44,600 nucleotides of DNA, from the NCBI GenBank assembly GCA_015486155.1, contig WFSF01000260.1, forward strand, positions 1 to 44,600. The letters run 5' to 3'. Under the pieces are notes generated by a model. It saw only the letters and a program-made list of their open reading frames with translations, did no database searches and was not told the origin of the DNA. The translations under genes and the position numbers were made by a program. Within the stretch, counting starts at the first letter, position 1; every line of letters starts with the position of its first letter. The stretch is from Armatimonadota bacterium (GTDB taxonomy: Bacteria; Armatimonadota; Hebobacteria; Hebobacterales; Hebobacteraceae). This document shows, one piece after another, positions 1 to 9,397 of this stretch.

Positions 1-1426
1 CCCGCACATTGCGGAACCGGGCCGGCGCGACTCCGTGGCCCACCCACATCACCTGCATCGGCTCGCCCTTGCCGCAATTGACCACCCCCCACGGGACCCA
101 CTCGTCCGGCCCCGCGATCGCGTCACAGCCGTTCCAGAACTCCGGCGTGATGCCCTGGTAGGTGGTGTTGCGCAGCATCCGCCCGAGCTGGCCGTTCTTT
201 ATCTCCCAGGCGATCTCGGTGGCGAACTGGAAATTGAGCCGCAGGTCGTCAATGCTCCACGACTTGGTGGTGGCCGCGTAGATTCCGTCGTCCGTCTCCC
301 GGATCATCTGCTCCAGGCTGGAGTCCCCGGGCGCGAGGTTGATGTTGGTCATGCGGATGATGGGCATCCGGTTCCATCCGGAGGCCCGCATCGCGCCCCC
401 GCTGGTGATCCCCAGGCGGGCGGCCGTCTCGCGGGAACTCAAGTAGCCGACGAAGACGCCGTCCTTGACCAGATCCACCCGCTGGGCGGGCACGCCCTCG
501 TCGTCGTAGCCGAAGGTGCCCAGCGCGCCGGGCACGGTGGCGTCCGCGTACAGGTTCACGATGGGGGAGCCGTACTGGAGCTCGCCCCGCTTCTCCGGCG
601 TCAGGAACGAGGTGCCCGCGAAACTGCGCTCCGTCCCGAACACGCGGTCCAGCTCGGTGGGGTGTCCGCAGGACTCGTGCACCTGGAGCGCGAGCTGGCT
701 CCCCTCCAGGATCAGAGTAGTAACCTTCGCGGGGCACGGGTCCGCGGTGAGCAGGGCCACCGCCTCCTCCGCGGTCCGCCGCGCATTGCCCGGCAGGTCA
801 ATGCCCTCGATCAACTCCCAGCCGCGGTTTCCGTTCTGCCCCTCCAGGGAGCTCGGATAGGACCGCCGCTGGACCTCCCCCCCTCCCTCGGACAGCGCCT
901 GGATCATCCCGCCGGACTGCACGCGGGTCTGATATATCTCCGCCCCCTCGCTGCTGGCGAACCACTTCTCCTCTCTCACCAGGGCGATCTCCCCGATCGC
1001 CACCCGGACGCCGCTCACCTCCCTCATCACCCGGTCGGCATCCAGCAGCACGGCGAGCTTCCGCTTGAGCGGCACCTCGAACGGGTCCACCTCAAAGGGA
1101 GAGGTCCACTCGGCGCGCGCCGGCTCCACCGGGGCCAGCGCAACCGGCTCGGGGTTGAGCCGCGCGCTCGCCCTGGCGATCTCCACCGCCAGCCTGGCCG
1201 CGGCCTCCACCTCCGCCGGGGTACAGACCGCGGTGGCCGCGAACCCCCACGCGCCGTCCGCGATCACCCGCACCCCCACGCCCTGCTCGGAGGAATCGGA
1301 CAGCGCGTCCGCCGCCCCGTTGCGGGTATGGAGTTGCTGCTCCCGGCGCACCACGACCCGGGCGTCCGCATAACCGGCGCCCGCCTGCCGCGCGCGGCCG
1401 ACCGCGAGATCAACGAGTTCCTTCAT
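1..1426 (-). CDS. tldD: TldD/PmbA-family metalloprotease; the C-terminal end runs off the left edge
   Basis: Absent from the ORF track because there is no stop in the window. My translation of the minus strand from ATG 1426 (GGAGGA 6 nt upstream) reads MKELVDLAVGRARQAGAGYADARVVV...LQVHESCGHPTELDRVFG...GGAMRASGWNRMPIIRMTNINL...VNCGKGEPMQ with no stop. It contains the HExxxH core and typical TldD blocks. Confidence 0.85.
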   Translation of the reverse strand, partial: MKELVDLAVGRARQAGAGYADARVVVRREQQLHTRNGAADALSDSSEQGVGVRVIADGAWGFAATAVCTPAEVEAAARLAVEIARASARLNPEPVALAPVEPARAEWTSPFEVDPFEVPLKRKLAVLLDADRVMREVSGVRVAIGEIALVREEKWFASSEGAEIYQTRVQSGGMIQALSEGGGEVQRRSYPSSLEGQNGNRGWELIEGIDLPGNARRTAEEAVALLTADPCPAKVTTLILEGSQLALQVHESCGHPTELDRVFGTERSFAGTSFLTPEKRGELQYGSPIVNLYADATVPGALGTFGYDDEGVPAQRVDLVKDGVFVGYLSSRETAARLGITSGGAMRASGWNRMPIIRMTNINLAPGDSSLEQMIRETDDGIYAATTKSWSIDDLRLNFQFATEIAWEIKNGQLGRMLRNTTYQGITPEFWNGCDAIAGPDEWVPWGVVNCGKGEPMQVMWVGHGVAPARFRNVR

Positions 1427-1468
1427 GGTGATTCCTCCACACGGGCCGGGATCGGCCGCACTCTCCTT

Positions 1469-2530
1469 CTACTCCGGGATGAAGTTCACGCTCTCGTCCA
1501 GCCCTGCGGCGAAGGCGGCCAGCAGCTCCGCGGCCGCCGTCAGGTCCTTGAGGTTGAGCACCTCGACAGGGGTGTGCATGTAGCGCAGGGGCACGCTCAC
1601 CAGCCCGGTCGCCACGCCGCCCCGGGAGAGCTGCATGGCCCAGGCATCGGTGCCGCTGGCCCCCGGCACGCCGAGCATCTGGTATGGAATCTTCTTGGCG
1701 GCCGCCGCTTTCACCAGCCGCTCGGTCACCACCGGGTTCATGTTCGCGCCCCGGTGGAGCACCGGGCCGCCGCCCAGTTTCACCTCCCCGAATCGCTTCT
1801 TGTCCACGTCCGGGTGGTCGGTGCCATGGGTCACGTCCACCGCCACCGCCACCTCCGGCGCCACCGAAAAGGCGCTCGTGGTGGCCCCCCGGAGTCCGAT
1901 CTCCTCCTGCACCGTGGAGACCGCCACCAGCGCGCACTTCAGCTTCCGGCGGGAGGCTATGCGCAGCGCCTCCATCACCACGAACGCCCCCATCTTGTCG
2001 TCGAAGCCCCGCGCCACCGCGAGGTCGCCCTGGAGGCGGGCGAATCCGACCGCGAAGGTGACGGGGTCGCCCACGGCCACCAGCTTCTCCGCCTGCTTCC
2101 TGTCCTTGGCCCCAATGTCGATCCATTGCTGGTGAAACTTGAGCACCTTCTTTCGGTCCTCGGGCTCCATGAGGTGAATCGCCTTCTTGCCCACCACCCC
2201 GAGCACCGGACCGCCGCGGCCGTGAATATACACCCTCTGACCGGGGACCAGATGCGCGTCCACGCCCCCGATGGGCGCGAAGTGGATGAAGCCGTCGTCC
2301 CCGATGTAGCGCACCATGAACCCGATCTCGTCACAGTGCCCGGCCAACATCACCCGCGGTTTGCCTCCGGGGTTGACGGCCGCGATCACGTTGCCCATCA
2401 CATCGGTGCGCACTTCATCCGCAAACCCGGACACGTACTCCCTAACCACCCGCTGGGCCGGCTGCTCGAACCCGGAGGGGCTGGGAGTATCCACCAATTG
2501 CTGCAGAAACGCCATGGACTGGTCTCTCAT
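1469..2530 (-). CDS. M42-family aminopeptidase (FrvX/CelM-like)
   Basis: ORF 1469..2617. I prefer the internal ATG at 2530, preceded by AAGGTGA. Family-typical blocks: VMLAGHCDEIGFMV, FDDKMG, VQEEIGLRGA, VDVTHGTDHP. Confidence 0.9.
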   Translation of the reverse strand: MRDQSMAFLQQLVDTPSPSGFEQPAQRVVREYVSGFADEVRTDVMGNVIAAVNPGGKPRVMLAGHCDEIGFMVRYIGDDGFIHFAPIGGVDAHLVPGQRVYIHGRGGPVLGVVGKKAIHLMEPEDRKKVLKFHQQWIDIGAKDRKQAEKLVAVGDPVTFAVGFARLQGDLAVARGFDDKMGAFVVMEALRIASRRKLKCALVAVSTVQEEIGLRGATTSAFSVAPEVAVAVDVTHGTDHPDVDKKRFGEVKLGGGPVLHRGANMNPVVTERLVKAAAAKKIPYQMLGVPGASGTDAWAMQLSRGGVATGLVSVPLRYMHTPVEVLNLKDLTAAAELLAAFAAGLDESVNFIPE

Positions 2531-2561
2531 AGGTCTCTCACCTTTCTGGAATCTTGGATTG

Positions 2562-3161
2562 TCATACACGGGACACGTAAAGCCGAAATCCGCCGCGCTT
2601 GGCCGTTTCCTCGACATGGCCGAGCGCCTTCCTCATCTTCTCCCCCAGCCGAAGCGCTCCCTGCCTGGTGCGGGCCACCAGGTAGAAGCGGCCGCCCGGC
2701 CTCAGGTGACCGGCGCTTTCCTCGATCAGCCGGTGCACCACCGCCAGCCCGGCGCGAATGGGCGGATTGAGCGCGATCACATCGAAGCGCTCTCCGGCCA
2801 CCGCCTCGTAGCCGTCGCTCTGCACCGCGCGCGCGTTCTCCACCTCGTTGAGGCGCAGGTTCTCCTCCGCGAGCGCCACCGCCCTGGAGTTGATATCCAC
2901 CAGCGTCACCACCCCCCGGGGGGCGAGCCGCGCGGCCGCCACCCCCACCACGCCGTATCCGCAGCCCAGGTCGAGCACGCGGTCATCCTCGCCCACCTCC
3001 AGGTGCGCGAGCAGCAGCCGAGTCCCCGGATCGAGCCTCCGGCGCGAGAACACGCCCGCCTCGGTGACGAACCGGAGTCGGTGTCCTCTTACCGTAACCG
3101 TAAACTCCCGCCGTTTCCCGGCTGCGGTGGGCTCGGGTGTGAAATAGTGTTCGTTCGGCAT
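2562..3161 (-). CDS. Class I SAM-dependent methyltransferase, small-domain (RsmC/RsmD-like) type
   Basis: ORF 2562..3518. The upstream 119 codons look non-coding, so I take the real start as ATG 3161 (MPNEHYFTPEP). SAM motif I is VLDLGCGYGVVG and the NPP motif is IALNPPI. Confidence 0.8.
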   Translation of the reverse strand: MPNEHYFTPEPTAAGKRREFTVTVRGHRLRFVTEAGVFSRRRLDPGTRLLLAHLEVGEDDRVLDLGCGYGVVGVAAARLAPRGVVTLVDINSRAVALAEENLRLNEVENARAVQSDGYEAVAGERFDVIALNPPIRAGLAVVHRLIEESAGHLRPGGRFYLVARTRQGALRLGEKMRKALGHVEETAKRGGFRLYVSRV

Positions 3162-3204
3162 AGTTTGTGAGAGGCGGCGGCGGGCTCGTGGTATCGAATC
3201 CTTG

Positions 3205-4416
3205 ATGATTGCGAGAGTTCTCTGTCTGCTTCTCATTCTCTCCGGCGCGCAAGCATCCGCCCGGAGCGCAGAGCCCACCGTCGCCGTGGGCATATTCTCC
3301 GGGGTCCGGTTTTCCGCCTGCACGGTGGTCGGCGGGGCCGAGCTGCAGGTCGCGGCGACCGGGGCGGAGGGCGCCCTCCCCCCGGGCACCTGCCGCGCCG
3401 GCATGGCGCTGGCGTTCCGCGCGGACGGCGACCGGGTGACGGCCTCGGCCGCGGCTCCGGGGCCGAGGTTCACCGCGCGCGCGTGGCGCCTGACCTCCTC
3501 CTCCCCGATTTCCGTCACGCCGGAGGGAGGCCGCGGGCGGAGTTACCGGGGAGAGCTGGTCATCCGGGCCCGCGCGGGACGTCTCCGCCTCGTCAACCGG
3601 GTGGGGCTGGAGGACTACCTGCGCGGCGTGCTCCCCGCGGAGGTCCCCGCATCCTTCCATCCGGAGGCGCTCAAGGCCCAGGCCATCGCCGCCCGCACCT
3701 TCGCGCTCGCCAACTTGGGCAAGCACCGCGCCGAGGGCTTCGACCTGTGCGACACCTCTCACTGCCAAGTGTACGTCGGAGCCGGCCGCGCGGACCCGCG
3801 CCTGGAGGCCGCCATCCAGCAGACCGTGGGCGTGATCCTCACCTACCAGGGCGAGCCCATTCAGGCCGTATACTGCGACACCTGCGGCGGACGCACGGCC
3901 GGCAATGAGGACGCCTGGCCGGGCAGCAGGCCGCTCCCCTACCTGCGGCCGGTGCTGGATGCGGAGGGGGGCACGGTATGGTGCGCGCGCTCCCCGCGTG
4001 CGGTGTGGAGCCGACGCATTCCCCAGCGGAAGCTGGGCGACGCGCTCTCCGGCCTCGGCGTGCAGGGAGCGGTAACCGCCATCGAGCCGGCCGCATGTGA
4101 TGCAGACGGCCGCCCCACCCGCTACCAGGTGCGCACCGAGCAAGGGGAATGGGTGATCAACGCGGGCGCGCTACGCGCCGCGGTGAACCGGGCCCTGGGC
4201 GCAAGCACCCTGCCGAGCTCCGATTTCAAGGCCGCGCCGAATGGAGATACGCTGGTCTTCGCGGGCCGCGGGAACGGGCACGGGGTAGGTCTTTGCCAGT
4301 GGGGGGCGAATGAAATGGCGAAGGCCGGAAAGACGGCCGAGGAAATCCTCTCGCACTACTACCACGGCGCAACTCTCACGCGCATCTACGGATCGGAGAA
4401 CGTTCCGGGCGAATAG
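3205..4416 (+). CDS. SpoIID/LytB-domain protein with signal peptide
   Basis: N-terminal MIARVLCLLLILSGAQASA signal. SpoIID blocks LKAQAIAARTFAL, GFDLCDTSHCQVY, AVYCDTCGG and GHGVGLCQWGA. Confidence 0.85.
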   Translation: MIARVLCLLLILSGAQASARSAEPTVAVGIFSGVRFSACTVVGGAELQVAATGAEGALPPGTCRAGMALAFRADGDRVTASAAAPGPRFTARAWRLTSSSPISVTPEGGRGRSYRGELVIRARAGRLRLVNRVGLEDYLRGVLPAEVPASFHPEALKAQAIAARTFALANLGKHRAEGFDLCDTSHCQVYVGAGRADPRLEAAIQQTVGVILTYQGEPIQAVYCDTCGGRTAGNEDAWPGSRPLPYLRPVLDAEGGTVWCARSPRAVWSRRIPQRKLGDALSGLGVQGAVTAIEPAACDADGRPTRYQVRTEQGEWVINAGALRAAVNRALGASTLPSSDFKAAPNGDTLVFAGRGNGHGVGLCQWGANEMAKAGKTAEEILSHYYHGATLTRIYGSENVPGE

Positions 4417-4478
4417 CGCACACAGGAATCTGCGCGGCGAGCGGGAACCTCCCAGATGACTTCTCCGGGAGGTGCAAC

Positions 4479-5690
4479 ATGAAAATCTCCATCGAGAACC
4501 CGCTCTGTCGCGTGCCTGTGGCGATGATCCTGGACGACGCCTGCCCGGTGGTGAATCTGAGCCATTTCTGGATCAAACTGCGCCACAAGGTTTCCACCGA
4601 CGACATGCCGGTGGAAATCCCCGTCTCCTTCCTCCGCAAGTTCGCGGAATGGTGCCTGGAGCACGGGGTCAAAGGAAAGTTCAGCTACGTGCCCATGCCT
4701 GGCGGCCTGGGCACCATTGACCTGGGGCTGCCGGGGTTCTCCAAGGCCCGGGTGGACGAGTGGATCGACGCCACCAAGGAGCTCATCCGCCCCAACTGGG
4801 ACCTCACCCCGGAGATGATCACCCACTGCAAGGTGGTGGACCTCAGCGACTGGACCATGACGGAGGAATGGGAACAGGGAGAGTGGGCGCAGCGGCCCAT
4901 CCCCTTCGAACAGCTCGCCCCCTACATCGCCGCCGCCCTGCGCATCCTCCACAACTGCGACATCGCGGCCGAGGGAGTGACCAGCCCGGGAGCCTTCCAG
5001 AAGGTGGACCTGGACAACTACGCGGCCTCCGTCCTCTGGGCCTCCAAGGAGGTGAACGGAAACCCGCGGCCGTTCCTGTTCTGCGAGGTATACGACGAGG
5101 ACAGCGATCCCCTGCCCTACCCCAAGGTATACCATCCGGACAAGCGCACCGGCGAGTGCTGTGTGGGCATCATCGCCGGCACCGGAGACTGGTTCGCGGG
5201 CTGGGAGGGGAACAACCGCGAGGCCGTCCACAGTCCTGACCTGTGCATCACCGAGGACCTCCAGGGCGGCCGCATGCCCCGGCTGATCGCGGCCGGCTGC
5301 CCGGCGATCATGGTCTCCCACTGGCCTGGGTTCTACTTCCAGGGCGAGGAGATCGGGTTCAACATCTTCAAGACCGTGGTGGAGCGCCTGAATCAACTCC
5401 CCAACATCCTCTGGATGAAGACCAGCGAGATCGCGCACTACTGGATGGCGAGGGAGATGGTGGACATCGCCGAGACCGCGGACGGCTGCACCATCACCTC
5501 CCCCATGCCCTGCGAGCGCTTCACCCTGCGCCTGGCGGGCGCGAAACCGGGCAAGTGGGCGGTGAACGGAAAGCCCCTGCGGGAGGTCGCCGAGCCGCTG
5601 GCGCTGGAGAGCGGAACCTGGGCGAAGGACGGCGACGACATCGTCCTCGCCTTCGACCTCGAAGAGGGAAAGACGACCATCGGGCTGTAG
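4479..5690 (+). CDS. Hypothetical cytoplasmic protein, family not recognised
   Basis: 403-aa ORF with coding-like composition and GGGAGGTG 6 nt upstream of the ATG. I cannot name any motif with confidence. Confidence 0.7.
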   Translation: MKISIENPLCRVPVAMILDDACPVVNLSHFWIKLRHKVSTDDMPVEIPVSFLRKFAEWCLEHGVKGKFSYVPMPGGLGTIDLGLPGFSKARVDEWIDATKELIRPNWDLTPEMITHCKVVDLSDWTMTEEWEQGEWAQRPIPFEQLAPYIAAALRILHNCDIAAEGVTSPGAFQKVDLDNYAASVLWASKEVNGNPRPFLFCEVYDEDSDPLPYPKVYHPDKRTGECCVGIIAGTGDWFAGWEGNNREAVHSPDLCITEDLQGGRMPRLIAAGCPAIMVSHWPGFYFQGEEIGFNIFKTVVERLNQLPNILWMKTSEIAHYWMAREMVDIAETADGCTITSPMPCERFTLRLAGAKPGKWAVNGKPLREVAEPLALESGTWAKDGDDIVLAFDLEEGKTTIGL

Positions 5691-6112
5691 GCGGATATCT
5701 CTCGAGAGCGCCGCGCGGAGTACGCCTGTCGGCCGTTCTGCCTGTCCTGCGAAGTCCGCCATAGGCGGACGAAGCAGGATAGGGCGGGGATATGGCTAAA
5801 GTCTGCCTGCGGCAGACCGCCATCCCGGCCCTTTGGGCTTAGGGACCCATGCCAGCCATTGGCGGGCTTAGGAAAGCCTGCCCGCCGATTCTGTCATCCC
5901 GAGCCCGAGTGCCGCAGGCGCTCGGCCGTAATAACGCGAGGGATCCATCCGGCGACGCACGCGGAGCGCGTCGCCATAAATCCGCGGTTCTCTTGCTTGT
6001 CCTGCGCAGCCTTGAGCTCCGAAGCCTTGCGCGAAGGAGGCTTGGCGAAGCGGGGCGACGGGGCAGTCTTCGCTGCCCCGCCGGCAATACTATCCCTCCG
6101 GCCGCTTTTCCG
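5691..6112. repeat. Mosaic of GC-rich hairpin modules (BIME/REP-like), locus A
   Basis: Perfect or near-perfect stem-loops at 5747-5779, 5802-5818, 5862-5886, 5906-5926, 5952-5976 and 6061-6080. Block 5893-6008 recurs at 23391-23529. Confidence 0.8.
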
Positions 6113-8062
6113 TCACGGAATGCCCAGCAAGTCCGCCAAGCGCTTCAGGAAACCGGTGTTCCCGGTAATCACCAGCCGCCCTGCATTCCAGAGCGTGTAG
6201 GGATCGGCGCGGCCGGCGGCCAGCGCGAGCGCGTCCTCGGCCGTGCAGGACACGGTGGCGGTGGGGTTCTCCACCTCCCCCCGGCCCCACTCGGCCTTCC
6301 CCTGGGAGATGCGCAGCCACCACTCTCCCCCTCCCTCACCTGTGAGATTCGCCTGCACGGAGCCCTCCAAGCCGGTGAGATCGCAGGCGTTGAGCCGCGC
6401 CGCAGTCTGCTTGAGCAAGGCGTCGAGTCGCCCTGCCGACGGGGCCGCCGCGGCCGGCTTGGGAGTGTTCTGCGGCGGACGCGGGATCCCGATCAGGAGG
6501 GGACTGCGCGCCACGAACGGGTGTTCCTCACCCTCGAACGACTCGACCCCGTAACACGCCACCCGGAACCGGCCCTGGGGCGCCGTAAACTTCAAGGTGC
6601 GCTTGATGCCCAAGTCGGAATCGAAGATGCCCAGTTTTGCGATGGGATCTCCCTGCGGGGTCTCCAGCACCACCCGCCCGGACATCCTGGGCACCTCCTC
6701 CGGGGGTATCAGGTCGGGTTGATATTCCCAGGATTGAGTGGGCTTGGGCGTCTCGGTGGTGTCGCGGAGCATCGCCGCGGCCTGCTCCGCGCCTGCGAGG
6801 TCCTGCTCCTCATTGTTCGCTTTTCCGGGCGGGGTGCCGATCACCATCTCCACCGCGAGCCTTTCCCCCGCCGCCGCTGCTTCGCCGTCCGAGTTCGGCA
6901 GAAGGGCCGATCCCGAGAACGCGAACGAGGCGGGCGGGGCCTGGTGGGGGATCGGGTTCGGATCGGCCGCGGTCACACTATTGTGGAGCTCGGGCAGCCA
7001 CTTGGCGAGGTCCCCGCCGCCATAGGCGAAGGCGACGAATCCGTCCGCGCCCTCCTCCCTGGCGAGCTGAATCTGATCGGCCAGCGCGTCCGCGTCCTTC
7101 AGCATGAACGCGCCCAATCCCGCGTACATGGGGATCTGCCCGTGAATCAGCCTTCTCTGCGCCGCCAACCACGCGGCCAGTTGATTCTCGTCCCGTCCAT
7201 AGTCCATGAAGCAGATGAAATCCAGCGCGCCGGTCCTCACCCACGCGGGCCAGTCCTGGAACACGTGATCGCGGGCGATTCCGGGGTCCGGCCAGGCCGC
7301 GAGAGACACCTTGATGTCGGGCTTGATGCGGTGCGCCTCCTGGCTGATCTCCTCCACCAGAGAGGTCTCCAGCCCCCGCCTCCAGTCCGCATACTGCTCG
7401 GCCAGCGGCCCGCCGGGCAGCACGTCCGCGGGCCAGTGCTCCACCGTCTTTCCGATGCTTTTCTCGAATTCCTCCCGGCAGTGGTCACAGTAGCAGTAAT
7501 GCTCACTCGGGTAACGCATGTAGTCGAACTGAATCCCGGCGATGTCGTACCTGCGAACCAGCTCCAGCATCGCCTCCTTTTCCAGCTGCCGATTCTTTGG
7601 GTTCGACGGGCAGAGCCAGTCCACCCGCGCGTCGGCGGGAATCGCGGGGTCGTCCCGCACCAGTTTGCCCTCCGGATTGCGCATCAGCCGCCCCTCGCGC
7701 TCGTATTCGGCCAGCTTATCCGGGGGACAGTTGAACAGCGCCCAGTCGATCCGCCACACGTGGAGCTCGATGCCGTGCTGCCTGGCCGCCTTGACCGCCT
7801 CGGCAAGCTCATCCCGGCCGCGCGGGGCCCCCGGCGCAACTGGCAACACCTTGCTGGGGTAGAAGGCCGCCCCCCCGCTGCACGCATTGAGGAACAGTGC
7901 GTTGAAGCCGTTCTCCTCGAGATTCTGCATCACCGCCGGCCAATCCCGGCCATACCCCTCCTCCATCCATACCCCCCGCAACTCGCCTGTCCGCGACTGC
8001 GCATGCAGCGGCAGCGCCGTCGCCAGCAAGGCCGCCACAGCGCAGAAAAAGGCCTTCGACAT
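6113..8062 (-). CDS. Secreted glycoside-hydrolase-like family 10 (GHL10/DUF187, YngK-like) protein with C-terminal SCP2 sterol-carrier-like domain
   Basis: Signal peptide MSKAFFCAVAALLATALPLHAQ. GHL10 blocks ELRGVWM, IQFDYMRYP and YCYCDHCREEF. The C-terminal 100 aa aligns by eye to SCP2 (EWWLRISQGKAEWGRGE...CTAEDALALAAGRADPYTLWNAGRLVITGNTGFLKRLADLL). GAGGAGG lies 7 nt upstream of the ATG. Confidence 0.8.
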   Translation of the reverse strand: MSKAFFCAVAALLATALPLHAQSRTGELRGVWMEEGYGRDWPAVMQNLEENGFNALFLNACSGGAAFYPSKVLPVAPGAPRGRDELAEAVKAARQHGIELHVWRIDWALFNCPPDKLAEYEREGRLMRNPEGKLVRDDPAIPADARVDWLCPSNPKNRQLEKEAMLELVRRYDIAGIQFDYMRYPSEHYCYCDHCREEFEKSIGKTVEHWPADVLPGGPLAEQYADWRRGLETSLVEEISQEAHRIKPDIKVSLAAWPDPGIARDHVFQDWPAWVRTGALDFICFMDYGRDENQLAAWLAAQRRLIHGQIPMYAGLGAFMLKDADALADQIQLAREEGADGFVAFAYGGGDLAKWLPELHNSVTAADPNPIPHQAPPASFAFSGSALLPNSDGEAAAAGERLAVEMVIGTPPGKANNEEQDLAGAEQAAAMLRDTTETPKPTQSWEYQPDLIPPEEVPRMSGRVVLETPQGDPIAKLGIFDSDLGIKRTLKFTAPQGRFRVACYGVESFEGEEHPFVARSPLLIGIPRPPQNTPKPAAAAPSAGRLDALLKQTAARLNACDLTGLEGSVQANLTGEGGGEWWLRISQGKAEWGRGEVENPTATVSCTAEDALALAAGRADPYTLWNAGRLVITGNTGFLKRLADLLGIP

Positions 8063-8180
8063 GCTCGCGTCCTCCTCGTATCTCTCTCGATGAATTTCTG
8101 CGTTTCCATACCCCTCCCTTTGACACCCCAGACAGGAACTGGACCCCGCGCGCAGTAATGGCAGTCCGGAGACGAATCAA

Positions 8181-9347
8181 ATGACATCGAAACAGAGGAT
8201 CATGTCGGCGGTCCGGCACCGGGAGCCGGACCGCGTCCCCATCTACGAGCAGACGGTCTGTTCCCGCATCGCCTCGGAGCTCATGGGCCGGCCGATGCGC
8301 ACCGGCGGAGGGCGCATCCGCTGGGAGGAGACCGCGGCCAGATGGGAGAGCGAGCAGGCCTGGCAGGAGTACGCAGGGCGGTTGATCGAGGATGTGGGAG
8401 ACTTGATCCGGGAGCTTGACTTCGACATCGCGGGGCTCCCGTGGCGGCACGCGCGAAAACCCTCTGAGAAGCTCGACGAGTGGACGTTTCGCTACGAGGA
8501 TCCGGCCGCGAAGACGTGGACCGTCTACCACTATGACGAGGTGAGCGATGTCTTCGACGTGGTGGACTCATCGATCCGCAGGGAGGGCGTCGCGGCCATC
8601 GAACGCACAGTGGAGGCGATGGAGAAGGCCGAGGAGCACCGCAAACCGCCCACCGCCGATGACTACGCCGCGCTGCACCAAGTGGCGAGGCGGGCCGGAG
8701 GGGAGCGGGCCTTGAAGTCGGGCGAGGGTTTTCTCGTGATCCCGCCGGAGACGGCCTGGCTGGAGGCCTGCATGGAGAGGCCGGACTTGGTGGAGCGGTA
8801 TCTGGATGTGGAGACGCGGGCCGCGTTGACCGCGATACCTCATCTGCCCAAGTTCGGGATAGACATCCTGTGGGCCGGGGGCGACCTCGCCTCCACGGAC
8901 GGCCCCATCTATTCCCCGGCCATGTTCCGCCGCTTCATCCTCCCCCGGCTCCAGCAGATAACCCGCGCCGCACACGAGGCGGGCCTGGTATACCTGTTCC
9001 GCACCGACGGCAACATCTGGCCCATCGCGGAGGACCTCCTGGTCGCGTCGGGGGTGGACGGATACGGGGAGATAGACATAGATGCGGGCATGGACCTGGC
9101 GGAGCTGAAGCAGAAATTCCCCCGGCTCACCCTGTGGGGGGGCATCAGCTGCGGCCGGGTGCTCACTTTCGAGTCCCCGGAGGCGATTCGGGAGAAGACG
9201 CGGCAGGTCATGGAGGCTTGCAAGCCGGGCGGCGGGTTCATTTTCGGCTCATCAAATGCAATCCATGAGGGAATTCCCACAAGGAACTTCGCCGCCATGC
9301 TGGAAGCAGCACGAGAGTTCGGCGTTTACGAGACCGGGCGGCCCTGA
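8181..9347 (+). CDS. Uroporphyrinogen-decarboxylase (URO-D) family protein, MtaA/CmuA-like
   Basis: N-terminal RIMSAVRHREPDRVPIYE and C-terminal GGFIFGSSNAIHEGIP are typical of URO-D-fold proteins. GGAGA lies 7 nt upstream. Confidence 0.8.
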   Translation: MTSKQRIMSAVRHREPDRVPIYEQTVCSRIASELMGRPMRTGGGRIRWEETAARWESEQAWQEYAGRLIEDVGDLIRELDFDIAGLPWRHARKPSEKLDEWTFRYEDPAAKTWTVYHYDEVSDVFDVVDSSIRREGVAAIERTVEAMEKAEEHRKPPTADDYAALHQVARRAGGERALKSGEGFLVIPPETAWLEACMERPDLVERYLDVETRAALTAIPHLPKFGIDILWAGGDLASTDGPIYSPAMFRRFILPRLQQITRAAHEAGLVYLFRTDGNIWPIAEDLLVASGVDGYGEIDIDAGMDLAELKQKFPRLTLWGGISCGRVLTFESPEAIREKTRQVMEACKPGGGFIFGSSNAIHEGIPTRNFAAMLEAAREFGVYETGRP

Positions 9348-9397
9348 CCGGAGTCCCGGCGCAGTAGCGCCGCGAAACGAGACAAGGAGCAGTGCAC

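Noticed and set aside
35-2770. 911-aa ORF on the plus strand, spanning two genes and two intergenic gaps without a stop.
   Set aside because: It is antisense to tldD and the M42 peptidase, both of which have unmistakable family motifs. Its codon position 1 pairs with the sense-strand position 3 (both 2 mod 3). With G/C at nearly every third position, T-initial stop codons are almost excluded. The Arg/Pro/Gly/His-rich translation is typical of this artefact.
3186-3200. GGTATCGAATCC, which resembles a tRNA T-arm (GGTTCGAATCC).
   Set aside because: It sits in a 40-bp divergent spacer. There is no acceptor stem, D-arm or anticodon arm in the flanks, so it is not a tRNA.
5691-6112. The possibility that the repeated palindromes are a CRISPR array.
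   Set aside because: The modules differ in sequence and length, are not regularly spaced by unique spacers, and no cas genes are present. A mosaic REP/BIME-like organisation fits better.
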